A stretch of DNA of 32,000 nt. Source: Synechocystis sp. PCC 6803 substr. PCC-P (lineage in GTDB: Bacteria; Cyanobacteriota; Cyanobacteriia; Cyanobacteriales; Microcystaceae). Shown piece by piece: positions 1 to 9,236 of the stretch; positions within the stretch are counted from its first letter, which is position 1, and each line of letters begins with the position of its first letter. The stretch covers positions 1,560,001-1,592,000 of the forward strand of contig NC_017039.1 in NCBI RefSeq assembly GCF_000284455.1. Direction: 5' to 3'. Under the pieces are notes generated by a model that did not search any database, was not told where the DNA came from, and saw nothing but the letters and a program-made list of their open reading frames with translations. Both the position numbers and the translations under genes were made by a program.

Positions 1-452
1 TCAGTGATGGAGACGTTTCCGCCGCCATTTCCTGTGCTTTTTCCGGCACCAACATCCACGCTCTGATGGGCATCGGGGCTGCTCCTGAAGGGGTAATTTC
101 CGCTGCTGCCATGCGCTGTCTGGGGGGTCACTTCCAAGGTCAGTTAATCTACGATCCCGAAGTGGTTAAAACCGGCCTAATCGGTGAAAGTCGGGAAGGC
201 AACCTAGAGCGTCTCGCTTCCATGGGCATCAAAAATCCTGACCAGGTTTATAACTGCGAAGAATTGGCCTGTGGCGAAACCGTATTATTTGCCGCCTGTG
301 GTATCACCCCTGGCACTTTGATGGAAGGAGTCCGCTTCTTCCATGGTGGGGTACGGACCCAAAGCTTGGTTATTTCTAGCCAGTCCAGCACCGCCCGCTT
401 TGTAGACACTGTCCATATGAAGGAAAGCCCCAAAGTAATCCAACTGCATTAA
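1..452 (+). CDS. glpX: C-terminal part of class II (GlpX-type) fructose-1,6-/sedoheptulose-1,7-bisphosphatase; starts before the window
   Basis: Frame 3 is open from the window edge ([42 protein letters not shown]...) to a stop at 452. The sequence is typical of cyanobacterial GlpX and ends [12 protein letters not shown]. Confidence 0.9.
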   Translation, partial: SDGDVSAAISCAFSGTNIHALMGIGAAPEGVISAAAMRCLGGHFQGQLIYDPEVVKTGLIGESREGNLERLASMGIKNPDQVYNCEELACGETVLFAACGITPGTLMEGVRFFHGGVRTQSLVISSQSSTARFVDTVHMKESPKVIQLH

Positions 453-720
453 TTTCCCTCTCGGCAACTATCCCCAGAAGGTTAAAACCTGGGGAAATAC
501 ATCGCCGTTTCCCTTGTCCCCTGAAGTTCAGACTTTGGGGGACTTATGTTTTGGTTGGGTCATAGTAACTGGGGTTTGATTACCCGCTACTGATTATCCA
601 TATCATTGGTATCGGGTAGGCGCTGATCACGTAACAAGGCTATCATTAAAATTACGGAGAGTTTCAAATAGATAATGATGTAGGATGATAGAGAATATTG
701 GGTAATGAGCTTTTGGAAAA

Positions 721-1146
721 ATGTCTACACACTGTCACTGTCCTCAATGTGGTCATGGGAATGTCGTCAAAAATGGCTTTGTCAAGGATAAGCAACGATT
801 CAAATGTAAGAGTTGCCAATATCAATTCACCAATCTCTCCAAAGAACGGGGTAAACCTCTCTGGATGAAACTAGAAGCGGTCTTACTGTATATGAGTGGT
901 ATGTCAATGAATGCCACGGCGAAACTATTGGGAGTTTCTACTCAATCAGTGCTCAACTGGATTAGGGATTTTGGCGAAGCAAACTACGAGAAACCGGCTC
1001 CAGACTCAGCAATCGTAGTGGAATTAGACGAACTGTGGCATTTTCTTCAGGCAAAAAAAACAAGTTATGGCTCTGGAAGGCATATGACCGTGTTACTGGG
1101 AGACTCATCGACTGGGAACTGGGAAATCGTGATAGTCAAACCCTGA
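721..1146 (+). CDS. IS1-like transposase, first frame: zinc-finger/HTH (InsA-like) plus start of the catalytic domain
   Basis: CPQCG...FKCKSC zinc-finger motif followed by an HTH-like segment (NATAKLLGVSTQSVLNWIRDFG). Runs into the A8 tract at 1053-1060 and continues out of frame to 1146. Confidence 0.85.
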   Translation: MSTHCHCPQCGHGNVVKNGFVKDKQRFKCKSCQYQFTNLSKERGKPLWMKLEAVLLYMSGMSMNATAKLLGVSTQSVLNWIRDFGEANYEKPAPDSAIVVELDELWHFLQAKKTSYGSGRHMTVLLGDSSTGNWEIVIVKP

Positions 1147-1451
1147 GTCGTTTGCTGGAGAGACTGGCAAAGTGGAAAGTGACAGTGTACTGCACCGATG
1201 ACTGGAGGCCCTATCAACAACTGCTGGATGAACATCCTGATGCGTTTCATGGGATTAGCAAAAGAGAAACAGTAGGAATTGAGAGCAAAAACTCAGATAA
1301 CCGTCATTGGTTTGCTAGATTTCATCGCCCCACGAAAGTTGTCTTCAGGTCACCCTACATGGTTGATATCACCATGGCAATATTTGCCGAATTTAGGGTC
1401 AATGGTAACATAGAACTACTACGCAACTGGCGCCTCTCATTACTTTCTTGA
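1035..1451 (+). CDS. IS1-like transposase, second frame (InsB-like catalytic part), probably expressed as a fusion with the first frame
   Basis: KLWLWKAYDRVTGRLIDWELGNRDSQTLSRLLERL...YCTDDWRPYQQLL is typical of IS1-family InsB. It overlaps the first frame at the A8 tract. Confidence 0.85.
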   Translation: MAFSSGKKNKLWLWKAYDRVTGRLIDWELGNRDSQTLSRLLERLAKWKVTVYCTDDWRPYQQLLDEHPDAFHGISKRETVGIESKNSDNRHWFARFHRPTKVVFRSPYMVDITMAIFAEFRVNGNIELLRNWRLSLLS

Positions 1452-1495
1452 AACTCTCAAAATTTCCAATTCTTAATCCTTGTAGGAGAAAATTG

Positions 1496-1870
1496 ATGTC
1501 AACTTTGTATGAAAAATTAGGTGGAACCACCGCTGTCGATCTAGCTGTGGACAAATTTTACGAGCGGGTGTTGCAGGATGACCGCATCAAACATTTTTTC
1601 GCCGACGTGGATATGGCTAAACAACGGGCCCACCAAAAAGCCTTTTTAACCTATGCCTTTGGCGGTACGGATAAATATGATGGTCGCTATATGCGGGAAG
1701 CCCACAAAGAGTTGGTGGAAAACCATGGTTTGAACGGTGAACACTTCGACGCAGTGGCGGAGGATTTGCTGGCAACCTTGAAGGAAATGGGTGTTCCCGA
1801 AGATTTAATTGCAGAAGTGGCCGCCGTGGCCGGGGCTCCAGCCCATAAACGGGACGTGCTTAATCAGTGA
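1496..1870 (+). CDS. glbN: Cyanoglobin / group I truncated hemoglobin
   Basis: MSTLYEKLGGTTAVDLAVDKFYERVLQDDRIKHFFADVDMAKQRAHQKAFLTYAFGG..., 124 aa, preceded by GTAGGAGAA. The track start at 1448 is an upstream alternative start; ATG 1496 fits the known family length. Confidence 0.97.
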   Translation: MSTLYEKLGGTTAVDLAVDKFYERVLQDDRIKHFFADVDMAKQRAHQKAFLTYAFGGTDKYDGRYMREAHKELVENHGLNGEHFDAVAEDLLATLKEMGVPEDLIAEVAAVAGAPAHKRDVLNQ

Positions 1871-2142
1871 AGTTGAGAATTTATTTTATGGAGGCGATCG
1901 TTGCATCCTAAAAATTTGCACCCTTTGCCCAAATTGCCAATGGCAGGCCAAAAACTCCCGACTTTATTTGATGCTCTCCTGACTGTTGAGCAGGATATGG
2001 GCCAAAGCGTCCACATGCTCTACCTTTAACATTGTCCTGGAGTTTGTCTAAAAAAGTTTAACGTTTTCGGCGACGCTGTTCGTCATTATTGGGGCAGGAA
2101 TAAGACTAGGTGGATTAGCATAGTCATATCTATGGGCAACCT

Positions 2143-5100
2143 ATGTTTTGGCAACCTGTTAGTCCCCTCAACGCTGACCAGCTTAATTATCAGGGTTCCT
2201 ATGACCCTAAATTAGTTCTGCTCTCTGTGGCGATCGCCATTTTTACGGCCTATATGGCTTTCTTGATGGCCAGTTCCGCCCTATCGTTGCCGGGGCGTTG
2301 GTCACGGAAAATTGCCTTAGCCCTCAGTGGGACTGTTATGGGGTTAGGTATTTGGGCCATGCACTTCATTGGCATGCTGGGGTTTGAGTTGCCCTGCCCC
2401 ATCAGCTACGATCCCTTGATCACGTTTATTTCTGTTATACCGGCGATCGCCGCTAGCATTTACGCTCTGAACTTTTTGAGTTTCCAGGCCCCGACGGCGA
2501 AAAACCTCATGGTGGGGGCTATCTGGTTTGGTTTGGGCATTGGCACTATGCACTATAGCGGCATGGCGGCTCTGGAGTTACACGGCAATATTTACTACGA
2601 ACTGCCCCTATTTGTCCTCTCCCTGGTCATTGCGGTCATGTTGGCCTTTGTGGCCCTATTATTCCGCTTCCATTCCGCCAAAATTTTCCACACGACCCAT
2701 GGGCCAGCTTTGGGGAGTTCCGCCCTGGTGATGGGTCTGTCCACGTCGGGTATGCACTACACCGCCATGACGGCCACCCACTTTATCTGCCGCCCCTGGG
2801 GAGAATTTTTTATCCAAGGTATTGATATTCAGGAAGTGGCGATCGCCGTCACCATTTCCATCACCCTTTTGACTGGCGGGGTAATGCTGTTTGTTTTGCG
2901 GGAAATCAGCATCCAAAATCAACAGCAGAAAATCCTAGTGGCGACGGAATCTTGGTATCGGCAAATTATCGAGTATGCTCCGGAAGGCATTATGGTGCTG
3001 GATGCCCAGGGAAATATCATTTTGGCCAATACTTCCATAGAAAAGTTGTTTGGCTATTCCCAAACAGAACTGATTGGCCAATCCATTGCCCTACTGGGCC
3101 TGGCAGAACTGTTGCAACAATCCCTCCATCTGCTTCAGGAAGGGGAGGACGTGGGCCCCACCTGCCCCCTAGATCAAGAAGAATTTGAAATCCTCGGCAC
3201 CCGTTACGATGGCTCGGAGTTTCCCATTGAAGTTAGTTTGACCAGCTTGCCTTCCCTGAGCCAAAGGGAAATGAATATTTTTGCCTCTGTGCGGGATATT
3301 TCCGCCCGTCAAGAAGCCCAGCAACAAATTTTGCGGCAACGGGAACATCTGCAGTCAGTGCTCGATTCCGCCCCCGTCGGGGTGGCCATTACCGTCAATG
3401 GCATTACCCAATTTGCCAATCCCCACATCGGTGAACTGGTGGATTTAAAAGTAGGGGATTCGCCCCAAAAGATCTATGTGGACCTAGGCGATCGCCAGCA
3501 AATGTTAGAAGAACTGACCCAGTTTGGCCGCAGTCAAAGCCGGGTGTACAAAATGTATAATCCCAGAGGTGAAATCCGGGACATTTTGGCTACCTTTTTA
3601 GCCACGGACTACGAGGGGCAAAAGGGCATCTTAGGCTGGTTAGCAGATATTACCCCCATTAAGGCCGCCGAAGCAGAAATGAAACGGGCCAAGGAACTGG
3701 CGGAGGAAGCCAGCCGCATCAAAGCTGATTTTTTGGCCAATATGAGCCACGAAATCCGTACCCCCATGAATGCGGTCATCGGCATGACCCATCTGGCTTT
3801 GAAAACTGACCTGACCCCCCGTCAACGGGAATATTTGCATAAAATTCGGTTTTCTGGTCAGCATCTGCTGGGGGTAATTAACGATATTCTCGATTTTTCT
3901 AAAATTGAAGCGGGCAAATTGCCCATGGAAAGCATTGATTTTGACCTGGATAAGGTGCTGGATAACGTTGCCACTTTGATCAGTGAAAAGGCCACCAATA
4001 AGGGTTTAGAACTGCTGTTTGACATTGACCGTAACCTACCCCGCCACTTCATCGGCGATCCCCTCCGTCTGGGGCAAATTCTGATTAACTATGCCAATAA
4101 TGCAGTCAAATTCACCGAGCAGGGGGATATTACCATTGTGGTCAGGCTCCAGGAATACCGTGACCAGGACGTGGTGCTGTACCTAGCGGTGAAAGATACG
4201 GGCATTGGCATTAAACCAGAGCACATTGCCAATCTCTTTAACAGTTTTCAACAGGCGGATTCCTCCACTACCCGGAATTTTGGCGGCACAGGGTTGGGTT
4301 TGGCCATCTGCAAACGCATTGCGGAACTGATGGGGGGAGAAGTGGGGGTTGAAAGCGAATACGGCCAAGGCAGTACTTTCTGGGCCAAGGTCTGTTTGCA
4401 GAAAAGTAATGTCATACCCCACCGATTGGTTTTGAGCAAAGATCTGGAAGGTAAACGGGTGCTGGTGGTGGACGATAACGACCATGCCCGCCTGGTGATG
4501 AAAGATTTGTTGGAGCAGATGAAGTTTGTGGTAGAAACGGTGGAGAGCGGGCCGGAAGCCCTTAATTTTTTAGCAGAAGCTGATCGGGAGAACCATCCCC
4601 ACAGCATTGTTTTCATTGATTGGCAAATGCCCAATATGGATGGCTTGGAAGTAGCCCGTCGTTTGAAAGCCATGGGGTTAAACCATCAGCCGTCGATTTT
4701 TATTGTCACTGCCTACGGTCGGGAAGAATTGTTTGTTAAAGCCAAAAGCCTCGGCATTGATGATGTTTTGGTCAAGCCCATTAGTCCCTCTGTTTTATTC
4801 GACAGTTTGGCGAGGGTGCTGGGGGATCCCACGGCCCTGGCCCAGGAAATGCGACAATCTTCGGGCATTGGGGCGGAAGACTTGGCCTTGGAAAAATTAC
4901 GGCGTATTCGCGGGGCCCGCATTTTGTTGGTGGAGGACAATGAAATTAACCAGGAAGTGGCGGCGGAATTATTACGGGATGTGGGTTTCAACGTCGATGT
5001 GGCGGCCAATGGTTTAATTGCTCTGGAAAGACTGAACAATAATGCTTACGCCTTGGTTTTAATGGATATGCAAATGCCGGAAATGGATGGCATCGAGGCA

Positions 5101-5928
5101 ACGATCGCCATTCGTCAGAATCCCCGTTACGCTCAGTTACCCATTGTGGCCATGACGGCCAATGTGATGCAGGGCGATCGGGAACGGTGTTTGCAAGCAG
5201 GCATGAATGACCATTTAGGCAAACCCATTGAACCAGAAGAATTGTGGAATAAGCTACTCCACTGGATTCCGGTGGACTCCCCCCTAGCCCCAGAAACGAT
5301 AGAAGAATCGGCCATCAATACTAGCGATCCAGAAATATCCATTCCCCATATCCCTGGACTGAACAGCGATGATGGTTTGCGGCGGGTTTTGGGCAAAAAA
5401 AGTTTGTATCTGAAAATGCTCCATAAGTTTGTGGCCAGTCAAAGTTCTTTTCTGCCGGAAATTACTCAGGCTTTAGGGGAAAAAGACTATGGCTTCGCCG
5501 AACGGTTGGCCCATACCTTGAAAGGAGTTGCCGGGAACATTGGGGCCCAGGAGCTACAACAGGAAGCGGCGGAGTTGGAAAAAGCGATTAAAGAGCAGTG
5601 GCCCCAGCCAGAGGTTGAAAATTTACTTACCAACCTAGGCGATCGCCTGGATAATCTAATTGCCCAATTGACCAGTAATCTACCGCCGGAACCCGCAACT
5701 GTGGCCATAACCTTAGACCAGGGCCAATTAGAAGAAATTTGTGACCATTTAGCCCAACTTTTGGGGGAAGATGATGCAGAAGCCGCCGACCTCCTCCAAA
5801 ACCATGGGGATCTTTTACGCCAAGCATTTCCAGACCATTACTCGGCGATCGCCGCTGGCATCAATAATTTCGACTTTGAAGCCGCCCTCGCCGCCCTCAC
5901 CACCGCCCGCCAATTTTCCCAACCCTAG
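2143..5928 (+). CDS. Hybrid sensor histidine kinase: MHYT integral membrane sensor, PAS repeats, HisKA-HATPase, two REC domains, HPt
   Basis: Three MHYT-type motifs (MHFIGM, MHYSGM, MHYTAM) in a multi-TM N-terminus; [20 protein letters not shown]-box; [12 protein letters not shown]; REC motifs [16 protein letters not shown] and [20 protein letters not shown]; HPt-like [17 protein letters not shown]. Confidence 0.95.
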   Translation: MFWQPVSPLNADQLNYQGSYDPKLVLLSVAIAIFTAYMAFLMASSALSLPGRWSRKIALALSGTVMGLGIWAMHFIGMLGFELPCPISYDPLITFISVIPAIAASIYALNFLSFQAPTAKNLMVGAIWFGLGIGTMHYSGMAALELHGNIYYELPLFVLSLVIAVMLAFVALLFRFHSAKIFHTTHGPALGSSALVMGLSTSGMHYTAMTATHFICRPWGEFFIQGIDIQEVAIAVTISITLLTGGVMLFVLREISIQNQQQKILVATESWYRQIIEYAPEGIMVLDAQGNIILANTSIEKLFGYSQTELIGQSIALLGLAELLQQSLHLLQEGEDVGPTCPLDQEEFEILGTRYDGSEFPIEVSLTSLPSLSQREMNIFASVRDISARQEAQQQILRQREHLQSVLDSAPVGVAITVNGITQFANPHIGELVDLKVGDSPQKIYVDLGDRQQMLEELTQFGRSQSRVYKMYNPRGEIRDILATFLATDYEGQKGILGWLADITPIKAAEAEMKRAKELAEEASRIKADFLANMSHEIRTPMNAVIGMTHLALKTDLTPRQREYLHKIRFSGQHLLGVINDILDFSKIEAGKLPMESIDFDLDKVLDNVATLISEKATNKGLELLFDIDRNLPRHFIGDPLRLGQILINYANNAVKFTEQGDITIVVRLQEYRDQDVVLYLAVKDTGIGIKPEHIANLFNSFQQADSSTTRNFGGTGLGLAICKRIAELMGGEVGVESEYGQGSTFWAKVCLQKSNVIPHRLVLSKDLEGKRVLVVDDNDHARLVMKDLLEQMKFVVETVESGPEALNFLAEADRENHPHSIVFIDWQMPNMDGLEVARRLKAMGLNHQPSIFIVTAYGREELFVKAKSLGIDDVLVKPISPSVLFDSLARVLGDPTALAQEMRQSSGIGAEDLALEKLRRIRGARILLVEDNEINQEVAAELLRDVGFNVDVAANGLIALERLNNNAYALVLMDMQMPEMDGIEATIAIRQNPRYAQLPIVAMTANVMQGDRERCLQAGMNDHLGKPIEPEELWNKLLHWIPVDSPLAPETIEESAINTSDPEISIPHIPGLNSDDGLRRVLGKKSLYLKMLHKFVASQSSFLPEITQALGEKDYGFAERLAHTLKGVAGNIGAQELQQEAAELEKAIKEQWPQPEVENLLTNLGDRLDNLIAQLTSNLPPEPATVAITLDQGQLEEICDHLAQLLGEDDAEAADLLQNHGDLLRQAFPDHYSAIAAGINNFDFEAALAALTTARQFSQP

Positions 5929-6017
5929 GGGATCAGAAAAACGGATTACACTAAACCCAGTCACCCCTTTTAAGCCCCAGCGGCTTAGGCCACTAACTTT
6001 TTCTCTCGCCATCACCC

Positions 6018-7118
6018 ATGGATACAGCAACAACCAAGGGCAACAAAGCAACCGTGCTGATTGTGGATGACTCCCCCGATACTTTGACCATGCTCAGTGG
6101 TTTGCTCAAGGATCATTACCGCATCAAAATTGCCAGCAAAGGGGAACAGGCCTTGGCGATCGCCGCATCTATGCCGCCACCGGACTTAATCTTGTTGGAT
6201 ATTATGATGCCGGAAATAGACGGCTACGAAGTTTGCACCAAGCTCAAAGCTGATACCCAAACTAAGAATATTCCAGTTATTTTCCTCACCGCCAAAACCG
6301 ACGTAGCAGACGAACAACATGGTTTTTCCCTCGGCGCAGTGGACTACATCACCAAACCCATCAGTCCCCCCATTCTCCTGGCCAGGGTACGCACCCATCT
6401 CAATCTCAAAGCCGCCTACGATCGCCTCACCCGCCTGCTCAAATTTCGGGAAGACATGGTGAACATGATTGTCCATGACCTCCGCAATCCCCTCTCCAGC
6501 ATTAGCCTGGCCACCGAGCTGTTATTGAACAAGCCTGACTTGCCCCTAGATCGTCAACAAAAAAAGCTCAAGTCCATTCAAACAAGCACCCAACAACTAC
6601 AAAATCTGGTGGAAGACCTGTTGCTTAAAGCCCAACTGGAATCCCATGCTCTGACATTGAACTATCAATCCACCGAACTTTGTGCCCTGTGTGAAATTGC
6701 CATTGCTACCCTAAGGGAAAGTATTGCCCAGAAACAGATTAACCTCATCACCCAATATCCCCCCGCTCCCCATCGTCCAGTTAATGTAGATGCCCAACTG
6801 TTCCGTCGAGCCATCGAAAATCTGATTAGCAATGCCATTAAGTTTTCCCCCTCCCAGAGTGAAGTCATAGTTTCAGTGGCCTATCCAGATGATGCCGTCG
6901 CAGTGGTGGCCATTGCCGACCAAGGGCCAGGCATAGACCTAAAACTGCGGGAACGGATTTTTGGCAAATACGAAATTGGCCCCATGCTAGAAGGGGTTGC
7001 CCAAATTGGACTGGGCTTAGCCTTTTGCAAAGTTATTGTCGAAGCCCATGGAAGCACAATAAGTGTTGTGGATAATTATCCCAAGGGTTCAATTTTTAGA
7101 ATTGAACTTCGTCAGTGA
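6018..7118 (+). CDS. REC - histidine kinase (response-regulator-fronted sensor kinase)
   Basis: N-terminal REC (LIVDDSPDTLTM..LILLDIMMPEIDG..FLTAK); HisKA H-box MIVHDLRNPLSSISLATEL; HATPase IADQGPG, GIGLGLAFCKVIVEAHGS. Confidence 0.93.
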   Translation: MDTATTKGNKATVLIVDDSPDTLTMLSGLLKDHYRIKIASKGEQALAIAASMPPPDLILLDIMMPEIDGYEVCTKLKADTQTKNIPVIFLTAKTDVADEQHGFSLGAVDYITKPISPPILLARVRTHLNLKAAYDRLTRLLKFREDMVNMIVHDLRNPLSSISLATELLLNKPDLPLDRQQKKLKSIQTSTQQLQNLVEDLLLKAQLESHALTLNYQSTELCALCEIAIATLRESIAQKQINLITQYPPAPHRPVNVDAQLFRRAIENLISNAIKFSPSQSEVIVSVAYPDDAVAVVAIADQGPGIDLKLRERIFGKYEIGPMLEGVAQIGLGLAFCKVIVEAHGSTISVVDNYPKGSIFRIELRQ

Positions 7119-7338
7119 TTTGGGCAGGGCAACAAGCGGGTTTACCCTATTTAAATTCCGCTGAACATGTATCTAAAAAGTAAAAAAGACCGTATCACAA
7201 TTTATGGCTGGTGGAAATAAAATTCAGACAGTAGCGATAGCGACTTCTATCAAGCTTGTATTAAAAGTACTTTAGCCGTTTATGTTGCCCTATTTTTGAT
7301 TGAATTAGCTATACATACTCATTATTTATCTTTGACTA

Positions 7339-8451
7339 TTGAAAATGAACACTCCCCCCGATCCCAACTCAAAAGCCACCATTTTGGTTGTGGATGACAC
7401 CCCGGATAATCTAGCTTTGATGAGTGGATTATTGAAAGATTACTACCGGGTCAAAATTGCCAATAACGGGGAAAAAGCCCTCAAGGTTGCCCAAACTTTA
7501 CCCCCACCGGATTTAATTCTGCTGGACATTATGATGCCGGGCATAGATGGCTATGAAGTTTGTGCCCATTTAAAAGCAAATCCGGCCACCCAGAGGATTC
7601 CCGTAATTTTTCTCACGGCCAAGTCAGAAATTGAGGATGAACGCAAAGGGCTGGCACTAGGGGCAGTGGATTATATTACTAAGCCCGTTAGTCCACCAAT
7701 TCTGATGGCCAGGGTTAATACCCAGTTGACGATCAAAGCGGCGGCGGATTTTTTGCTTGATAAAAATGCTTTCCTAGAGCAGGAAGTGGCCAGACGTACC
7801 CAGGAGATGATGGCGATTCAGGATGTAACTATTCAGGTGATGGCTTCCCTGGCGGAAACTAGGGATCATGAAACGGGTAATCATATCCGCCGTACCCAAA
7901 ATTATGTCCGGGCTTTGGCTGAGCAATTAAAAAACCATCCCCGCTTCCAGAAATTTTTAACCGATCACACCATCAATTTGCTCTATAAATCGGCTCCCCT
8001 CCATGACATTGGCAAAGTGGGAGTGCCGGACCACATTCTGCTTAAGCCCGGTCCCTTAACAGCAGAAGAATTTGAAATTATGAAAACCCACACCACTTTG
8101 GGGCGGGATGCCATTGTCCAAGCGGAAAAAAGTTTGGGAATGAAGGTGGATTTTTTGCAACTAGCCAAGGAAATTGCCTATTCTCACCAGGAAAAATGGG
8201 ATGGAACCGGTTATCCCCAAGGGCTATCGGGGGATGATATTCCCATTGCGGCCCGTTTGATGGCGATCGCCGATGTTTATGACGCTTTAATTAGTAGTCG
8301 GGTTTATAAAGAAGCGATGCCCCACGAAGAGGCGGTGGCCATTATCGAAGCCGGCTACGGCCAACACTTTGATCCCGATGTGGTTGATGCGTTTATGGCT
8401 ATTCATCCCACTTTTAAAACGATCGCCGCTGAGTTCGCCGATAAGGGGTAA
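7339..8451 (+). CDS. Response regulator with HD-GYP phosphodiesterase domain
   Basis: REC domain (VVDDTPDNLALM..LDIMMPGIDG) then HETGNHIRRTQNYV, LHDIGKVGVPD, ILLKPGPLTAEEFEIMKTHTTLG, and YSHQEKWDGTGYPQGLSGDDIPIAARLMAIADVYDAL. Confidence 0.95.
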   Translation: MKMNTPPDPNSKATILVVDDTPDNLALMSGLLKDYYRVKIANNGEKALKVAQTLPPPDLILLDIMMPGIDGYEVCAHLKANPATQRIPVIFLTAKSEIEDERKGLALGAVDYITKPVSPPILMARVNTQLTIKAAADFLLDKNAFLEQEVARRTQEMMAIQDVTIQVMASLAETRDHETGNHIRRTQNYVRALAEQLKNHPRFQKFLTDHTINLLYKSAPLHDIGKVGVPDHILLKPGPLTAEEFEIMKTHTTLGRDAIVQAEKSLGMKVDFLQLAKEIAYSHQEKWDGTGYPQGLSGDDIPIAARLMAIADVYDALISSRVYKEAMPHEEAVAIIEAGYGQHFDPDVVDAFMAIHPTFKTIAAEFADKG

Positions 8452-8615
8452 TGGCCATGGCGTATTAAAGAAGTACAGGTTTTGTGACTGTATGGCGATC
8501 GCCGTAATATTCCGGCAAAAAGCCTAGCCAAGGGAAAAGTTTGGGGTTAACGGGCTGAAATTAAGATTTATGGCGCAGAATTGGTTAAGACTAGCAACAT
8601 TAGACCCTGAGCACC

Positions 8616-9047
8616 ATGAAATTTATCTCCAGCTTCTTTGCCCTAGCCACAGTTCTTGCTTGCCAACCCACGGTTTTTGCTTTCGAGCCAGCGGAAGCAA
8701 TTAAGGTAGAAACCATCCTCAAAACCGAAACTAGTTGGGATGGTCAACCTCTGGCTTACCCAGAAGGCCAAGCAGAAATCACTGGCATGATGATCGAAAT
8801 TGCCCCCGGTGCCGAAACGGGTTGGCATTCCCATCCAGTGCCCTCCTTTGGCATTTTGCTGGAAGGGGAATTGGAGGTCACCCTCCTAAATGGGCAGAAA
8901 AAGCTCATCAAAACCGGGGACGCCATCGCTGAAGTGGTGAATACAGTACACAATGGCCGCAACGTGGGGGAGGGCCCTGTGAAAATTTTGGTGTTTTATG
9001 CCGGAGCGAAGGATTTGCCCGTAACCGTTAAGGATCAGCCCAATTAA
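8616..9047 (+). CDS. Cupin-domain protein with N-terminal signal peptide
   Basis: Signal-like MKFISSFFALATVLACQPTVFA; cupin motif G-x5-HSHPVPSFGILLEGELEVTLLNGQK...VHNGRNVGEGPVKILVFY. Confidence 0.85.
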   Translation: MKFISSFFALATVLACQPTVFAFEPAEAIKVETILKTETSWDGQPLAYPEGQAEITGMMIEIAPGAETGWHSHPVPSFGILLEGELEVTLLNGQKKLIKTGDAIAEVVNTVHNGRNVGEGPVKILVFYAGAKDLPVTVKDQPN

Positions 9048-9236
9048 ACTGCCTAAGAAAACTGAAGCGCTCATCCCTAGGTGGCAAAAGGAAAAATTGC
9101 CCTGGTTTTTAGCCCCTGCCTCCCCGGTGTGGGAAAAACCGATAAACTAGGCACAATGGTCATTTGAAAACAGTGGGATTTCCATCCCAGGGCGATCGCC
9201 TAGAATTTTGGCCGGCTTCGTATTTTTCGCAAACGT

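Larger units (their letters stand above)
657..1458 (+). mobile_element. IS1-like insertion sequence with near-terminal inverted repeats
   Basis: Perfect 11-bp inverted repeat GAGAGTTTCAA (657-667) / TTGAAACTCTC (1448-1458), with weaker similarity continuing inward (TAATGA in both arms). It encloses a two-frame InsA/InsB-like transposase. Flanks aaaattacg (648-656) and aaaatttcc (1459-1467) match 7/9, a possible degenerate target duplication. Exact ends are uncertain. Confidence 0.7.

Noticed and set aside
3640-4485. Long reverse-strand ORFs inside the MHYT hybrid kinase (for example 3640..3864, 3858..4052, 4183..4485)
   Set aside because: They overlap a strongly supported kinase gene, have no recognisable domains, and look like antisense shadows of coding sequence.
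7118-7338. Intergenic AT-rich segment considered as a small RNA locus
   Set aside because: No terminator-like hairpin with a U-run or structured element could be supported by eye.
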